Source: Trueperaceae bacterium
Lineage (GTDB): Bacteria; Deinococcota; Deinococci; Deinococcales; Trueperaceae
DNA length: 10,882 bases
Direction: 5' to 3'
Assembly: GCA_040905465.1 (NCBI GenBank)
Contig: JBBDRK010000029.1
Coordinates: 68,067-78,948 of the forward strand
Part shown: one piece after another, positions 7,900 through 10,882 of the stretch
How positions within the stretch are numbered: the stretch's first letter is position 1
Layout: each line of letters starts with the position of its first letter
Position numbers and translations under genes: made by a program
The notes under the pieces: generated by a model
The model's input: only the letters and a program-made list of their open reading frames with translations
Told to the model about the DNA's origin: nothing
Databases searched by the model: none

Positions 7900-8907
7900 T
7901 CAGTCCCCGGGAGGGCCCTGGGGTCCCTGCGGCCCCTGAGGCCCTTCCGGTCCGGCGGGACCCGTTGGACCGGAAGGCCCGGCAGGACCTTGCTGTCCAC
8001 GGGGCCCGGACGGTCCGGCGGGTCCCTCGGGGCCGACCGGCCCGGCCGGGCCCACGCAATCGACCACGTCGACCGCGCCGTCGTCGTTTACATCCTCTTC
8101 CGGATTCGGCCGTCCGTTGCGGTTGAGATCCCAGCACGACAGTCCCGCCGCGCCGTCCGCACCCGTCGGCCCGGCCGGGCCAACAGGTCCCTGTGGTCCG
8201 GACGGGCCGGCAGGACCGGGCGAACCGGGCTCTCCGTCCATTCCGTCCAGGCCGGCTTCTCCCTCGGGTCCGGGCGGACCCTCTGGACCGGCGGATCCAG
8301 CCACTCCCGGCGGCCCCGGTGGACCCTCGGGACCCGGTACCCCTCGGTCACCTCGAGGGCCGGGCGGTCCTTGCAGAGAGCCCTCTGCCAGGCGCGTCTC
8401 CAGCTCATCGAGTCTCTGCGTCAGGCCAACCACCTCGTCGCGCGCCGCCCCTTCGCCGCAGGAGGTCTTGGCCTCCACGACCTCCAGGGCCCGCGAAACC
8501 AGCAGAGCCGTCTGGTAACCGGTCAGGAACTCACCACCACGGAACTCTCGATCCGGAAACGCCTCAGCCACGCCGAGCGCACCTACGGTTCGAACCGCAC
8601 TGCTGGCCCAATGCTCAGCAGGCTCGTCGACGAATCGGAAATCCGGCGCCGGCAGGCCCGCGAGCTCTTCGGGACAGCCGGTCCGGTCGTCGACTACCTC
8701 GAGAAGACGATCGACCAGGAGCGCTGCCTGATACCCGGTCAGCGTGCCCTCGCCGAGAAAGGAACCGTCCGGAAAAGCCGGGTCTATGCCTCGTTCGCTC
8801 AGGTTCGCGACCGCCCTGCTTCGCCAGTCCCCACCCGATTGCACCAGGGCGGCCCCGGCAAGGGTCAGTACTACGGCGGCGGCAATCAGTAGCCTAAGGC
8901 GTTTCAT
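7900..8907 (-). CDS. Secreted SLH-domain collagen-like protein, 335 aa
   Basis: AGGAG Shine-Dalgarno 5 nt upstream and a Sec signal peptide. Two SLH-like repeats (W..AV..L...G....FPD..F.G...LTGYQ.ALLV.R.L) and a short heptad segment. Then 26 Gly-X-Y triplets (8137-8370), a Cys-bracketed acidic insert (8056-8136) and 16 further triplets to the C-terminus. Confidence 0.9.
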   Translation of the reverse strand: MKRLRLLIAAAVVLTLAGAALVQSGGDWRSRAVANLSERGIDPAFPDGSFLGEGTLTGYQAALLVDRLLEVVDDRTGCPEELAGLPAPDFRFVDEPAEHWASSAVRTVGALGVAEAFPDREFRGGEFLTGYQTALLVSRALEVVEAKTSCGEGAARDEVVGLTQRLDELETRLAEGSLQGPPGPRGDRGVPGPEGPPGPPGVAGSAGPEGPPGPEGEAGLDGMDGEPGSPGPAGPSGPQGPVGPAGPTGADGAAGLSCWDLNRNGRPNPEEDVNDDGAVDVVDCVGPAGPVGPEGPAGPSGPRGQQGPAGPSGPTGPAGPEGPQGPQGPQGPPGD

Positions 8908-8964
8908 CGCGACTCCTCGAACACGGCGCGCCGGGTCAGGTCGAGTCCGGCGGCCTCGCTCAGC

Positions 8965-8970
8965 ATGGTA
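8965..8970 (-). promoter_or_regulatory. Candidate -10 box (TACCAT) for the SLH-collagen gene
   Basis: TAnnnT about 57 nt upstream of the ATG, with GTCAC (8993-8997, minus strand) 22 nt further upstream. Confidence 0.4.
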
Positions 8971-9099
8971 GCGCCCTGGAGCGCCTCTTCCGGTGACCGT
9001 CGGCAGTTGGCTCGGGAGGCGGTCAATGGGCGGACATCCGTCGCTGGCGACCGACAGGCACCAGTCTGCAGGCGGCGATCAATAGCATCAGTGAGTAGT

Positions 9100-9141
9100 T
9101 CACAGGGCGGCCGTCACAGGGCGGCGGTCACAGGACGGTGG
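9100..9141 (+). repeat. 3 x 14-bp tandem direct repeat TCACAGGgCGGc.G in the divergent intergenic region
   Basis: tcacagggcggccg / tcacagggcggcgg / tcacaggacggtgg, followed by TACAAT at 9153-9158. Confidence 0.85.
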
Positions 9142-9152
9142 CTATGGCCGAC

Positions 9153-9158
9153 TACAAT
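9153..9158 (+). promoter_or_regulatory. Candidate -10 box (TACAAT) for the TPR gene
   Basis: 5/6 match to TATAAT in a very GC-rich background, upstream of GGGGGA-N10-GTG 9231. Confidence 0.55.
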
Positions 9159-9230
9159 TACGGCAAAGGCTCTGACGGGCTGCGGCACGTACGGCCGCGG
9201 CCATACACGGGTCCGGGGGACGAAACCAAC

Positions 9231-10882
9231 GTGAACCAACGCATTACGAAGGTCCATCGGCGAGGCGACGCCGAACGAAGCGACACCGTCCGACGTCACG
9301 CCTTCGGAAGCTCCGGACTCGCCGGACGTCGACGGCTGGCCTTGCCCGCCTTGCTGACCACCGTGTTTGCCGCCCTCACACTGTTCGGCCTGGCCCAGAA
9401 CACGCTGGGCCAGGATGCCGGCGAGGCGTTGCGCCAGGGCCAGCGCCGGGCGGCGCAGGCGATGACCGCGTATCCCGAGCACTATCCCGACCTGCCGCTA
9501 TGGCGCGATGCGATCGAGCTGGGAGTGCGGGCGCGCCGGCTGGCGCCCGAGCGCAGCGAACCGTACCGCTTTCTGGGACAGGTCTACAGTACGACAGGCT
9601 GGTACAGCCGGGCCTGGGAGGCGTGGCAGGCGTACCTGACAAACGGCGGCGAGATGGATGCACAGGCACGCGCCCAACTCCTCGCCGCCGCCACCTGGCT
9701 CGGGTTCAACAGCTTCAGCAGCGGCTCGTACGCCACTGCTTTGCCCTTCCTGGAGACGGCGCACGAACTCAACCCCGATGACCGGCTTACCTTGAGCCGG
9801 CTCGCTCGCACCCACCTGGAATTGGGCGAGCCGGCCGCGGCGAAGCCCTATGCAGAAGCACTGGCGCGGCTCGATCCGGATTCTGACGCGGCCGATCTGC
9901 TGGCACTGGTCGAGCTCACTCTTCGGCACGGAATCGAGGCGGTACGGGCGCTGCGAGACGGGGAGAATCTCTACCGCGCGGGCCGGACCGCGGAAGCGCT
10001 CGAGCGCTTCCGCGCCGCCAGCGAGCTGAGCCCGGACTTCGCGACCGCCTTGCGTTGGGCCGGAGCCGTCGCGCTGGAGGCCGAGCAACCCGGCGAGGCC
10101 GTCCGCTACTGGCGCCGACTGGCCGAACTCGATCCGAACGACGATGAAGCGCGGCAGCGGCTCGCCACGGCCCAGGCGATGGAGAGGTACGGCACCCAGG
10201 CGTACCGGGAGTACCAGGAGGGCCTCGAGGCCTACCGCGGTGGAGACACGCGTCTGGCCCATCGGCGGTTCGAGGCTGCCGTGGCCAGGAGCGAGCGCCT
10301 GGCCGACGCTCATGCCTGGCTGGGACGACTCGAGTACGAGCAGGGCAATCTCGCGGAAGCGCTGGAGCGCTTCCGCGTTGCTGCCCGGCTGGAACCCACC
10401 GAATCGAGCTATCGATTCTTCCTGTCGGATACGGAGCGGCAGCTGCGGTTGGCCGAGGAGGCGCAGGCGCGAGAACAGGAGCGCCGGCGCGCGGAAGCCG
10501 AGGCTGCCGCGCAGGCGCGCGAGCAGGAGGAAGCGCTCGAGCGTGCCCGGGCCGAGCAGCAGGCGCGTGACCGAGCCGCGGAGGCGGAACGCGCGCGGCA
10601 GGAGGAAGCTCGGGCCGAGGCAGAGGCCCAGGCACAGGCGGAAGCCCAAGCTCAGGCTGAGGCGGAAGCTCAAGCTGAAGCAGAAGCACGGGCCGAGGCC
10701 GAAGAGAAAGCTCGGGCCGAGGCCCAGGCACAGGCGGAAGCCCAAGCCGAGGCCGAGGCGCAGGCCGAAGCAGTGGCGCAGGAGCAGACGGAAGCCCTAC
10801 CTGTCACTGCACCGGAGAATCAGTTGGCCGAGGCGCGCGAGGCCGAACCAGCGACCGCCGCTGGAGACGGCGTTGAGGACGG
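9231..10882 (+). CDS. Exported/membrane-anchored tetratricopeptide repeat protein with Ala/Glu/Gln/Arg helical stalk (3' partial)
   Basis: Manual translation is open to the window end: MNQRITK...RRRLALPALLTTVFAALTLFGLAQ (signal/TM), YPDLPLWRDAI, then TPR-like units (LGEPAAAKPYAEALARLDP, GRTAEALERFRAASELSPDF, GEAVRYWRRLAELDPND, AWLGRLEYEQGNLAEALERFRVAARLEP), then AEEAQAREQERRRAEAE...AEAQAQAEAQ. An alternative in-frame ATG exists at 9144. Confidence 0.88.
   Translation, partial: MNQRITKVHRRGDAERSDTVRRHAFGSSGLAGRRRLALPALLTTVFAALTLFGLAQNTLGQDAGEALRQGQRRAAQAMTAYPEHYPDLPLWRDAIELGVRARRLAPERSEPYRFLGQVYSTTGWYSRAWEAWQAYLTNGGEMDAQARAQLLAAATWLGFNSFSSGSYATALPFLETAHELNPDDRLTLSRLARTHLELGEPAAAKPYAEALARLDPDSDAADLLALVELTLRHGIEAVRALRDGENLYRAGRTAEALERFRAASELSPDFATALRWAGAVALEAEQPGEAVRYWRRLAELDPNDDEARQRLATAQAMERYGTQAYREYQEGLEAYRGGDTRLAHRRFEAAVARSERLADAHAWLGRLEYEQGNLAEALERFRVAARLEPTESSYRFFLSDTERQLRLAEEAQAREQERRRAEAEAAAQAREQEEALERARAEQQARDRAAEAERARQEEARAEAEAQAQAEAQAQAEAEAQAEAEARAEAEEKARAEAQAQAEAQAEAEAQAEAVAQEQTEALPVTAPENQLAEAREAEPATAAGDGVED
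10606..10772 (+). repeat. In-frame low-complexity (Ala-Glu/Gln)n 6-bp array containing an exact 29-bp duplication
   Basis: gaggcccaggcacaggcggaagcccaagc occurs at 10623-10651 and 10719-10747. The 16-mer aagctcgggccgaggc also occurs at 10606 and 10708. Confidence 0.85.

Noticed and set aside
7990-8892. 300-aa plus-strand ORF, and similar long antisense or alternate-frame ORFs (4248-5009, 5668-6396, 7235-8137, 9498-10745, 9916-10731)
   Set aside because: They overlap well-supported genes, have no recognisable motifs and are expected from stop-codon scarcity in high-GC DNA.
9090-9104. Canonical CRP site
   Set aside because: AGTGA-N5-TCACA has a 5-nt spacer rather than the canonical 6. Kept only as part of the repeat finding.
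9100-9141. CRISPR array or iterons
   Set aside because: The units are 14 bp and directly adjacent with no spacers, and there is no cas or rep gene in the window.
9161-9228. c-di-GMP-I riboswitch (GGCAAA...GGGACG)
   Set aside because: The GNRA-capped stem and the downstream GCAAAGC/P1 pairing are missing, so only short words match.

Overview
High-GC bacterial chromosomal segment, most likely Deinococcota (Truepera-like). This assignment is inferred from the SlpA-style SLH motifs, a stand-alone gatB and leaderless TAnnnT promoters. The window starts with a 25-nt poly-C run that is probably a contig-end artefact. The left half is housekeeping: an Fe3+ ABC permease and its ATPase transcribed divergently, folE, a DUF151 bifunctional-nuclease-family gene and gatB. 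The right half is a cluster of three exported, elongated envelope proteins. They are an Ig/cadherin-like repeat lipoprotein, a protein with two non-canonical SLH repeats followed by an interrupted collagen helix with a Cys-bracketed Ca-binding-like insert and no head domain, and a TPR protein with a long Ala/Glu/Gln helical stalk that runs off the window and is absent from the ORF track. All three envelope genes have GTCAC 21-22 nt upstream of a candidate -10 box, which suggests a shared regulator.
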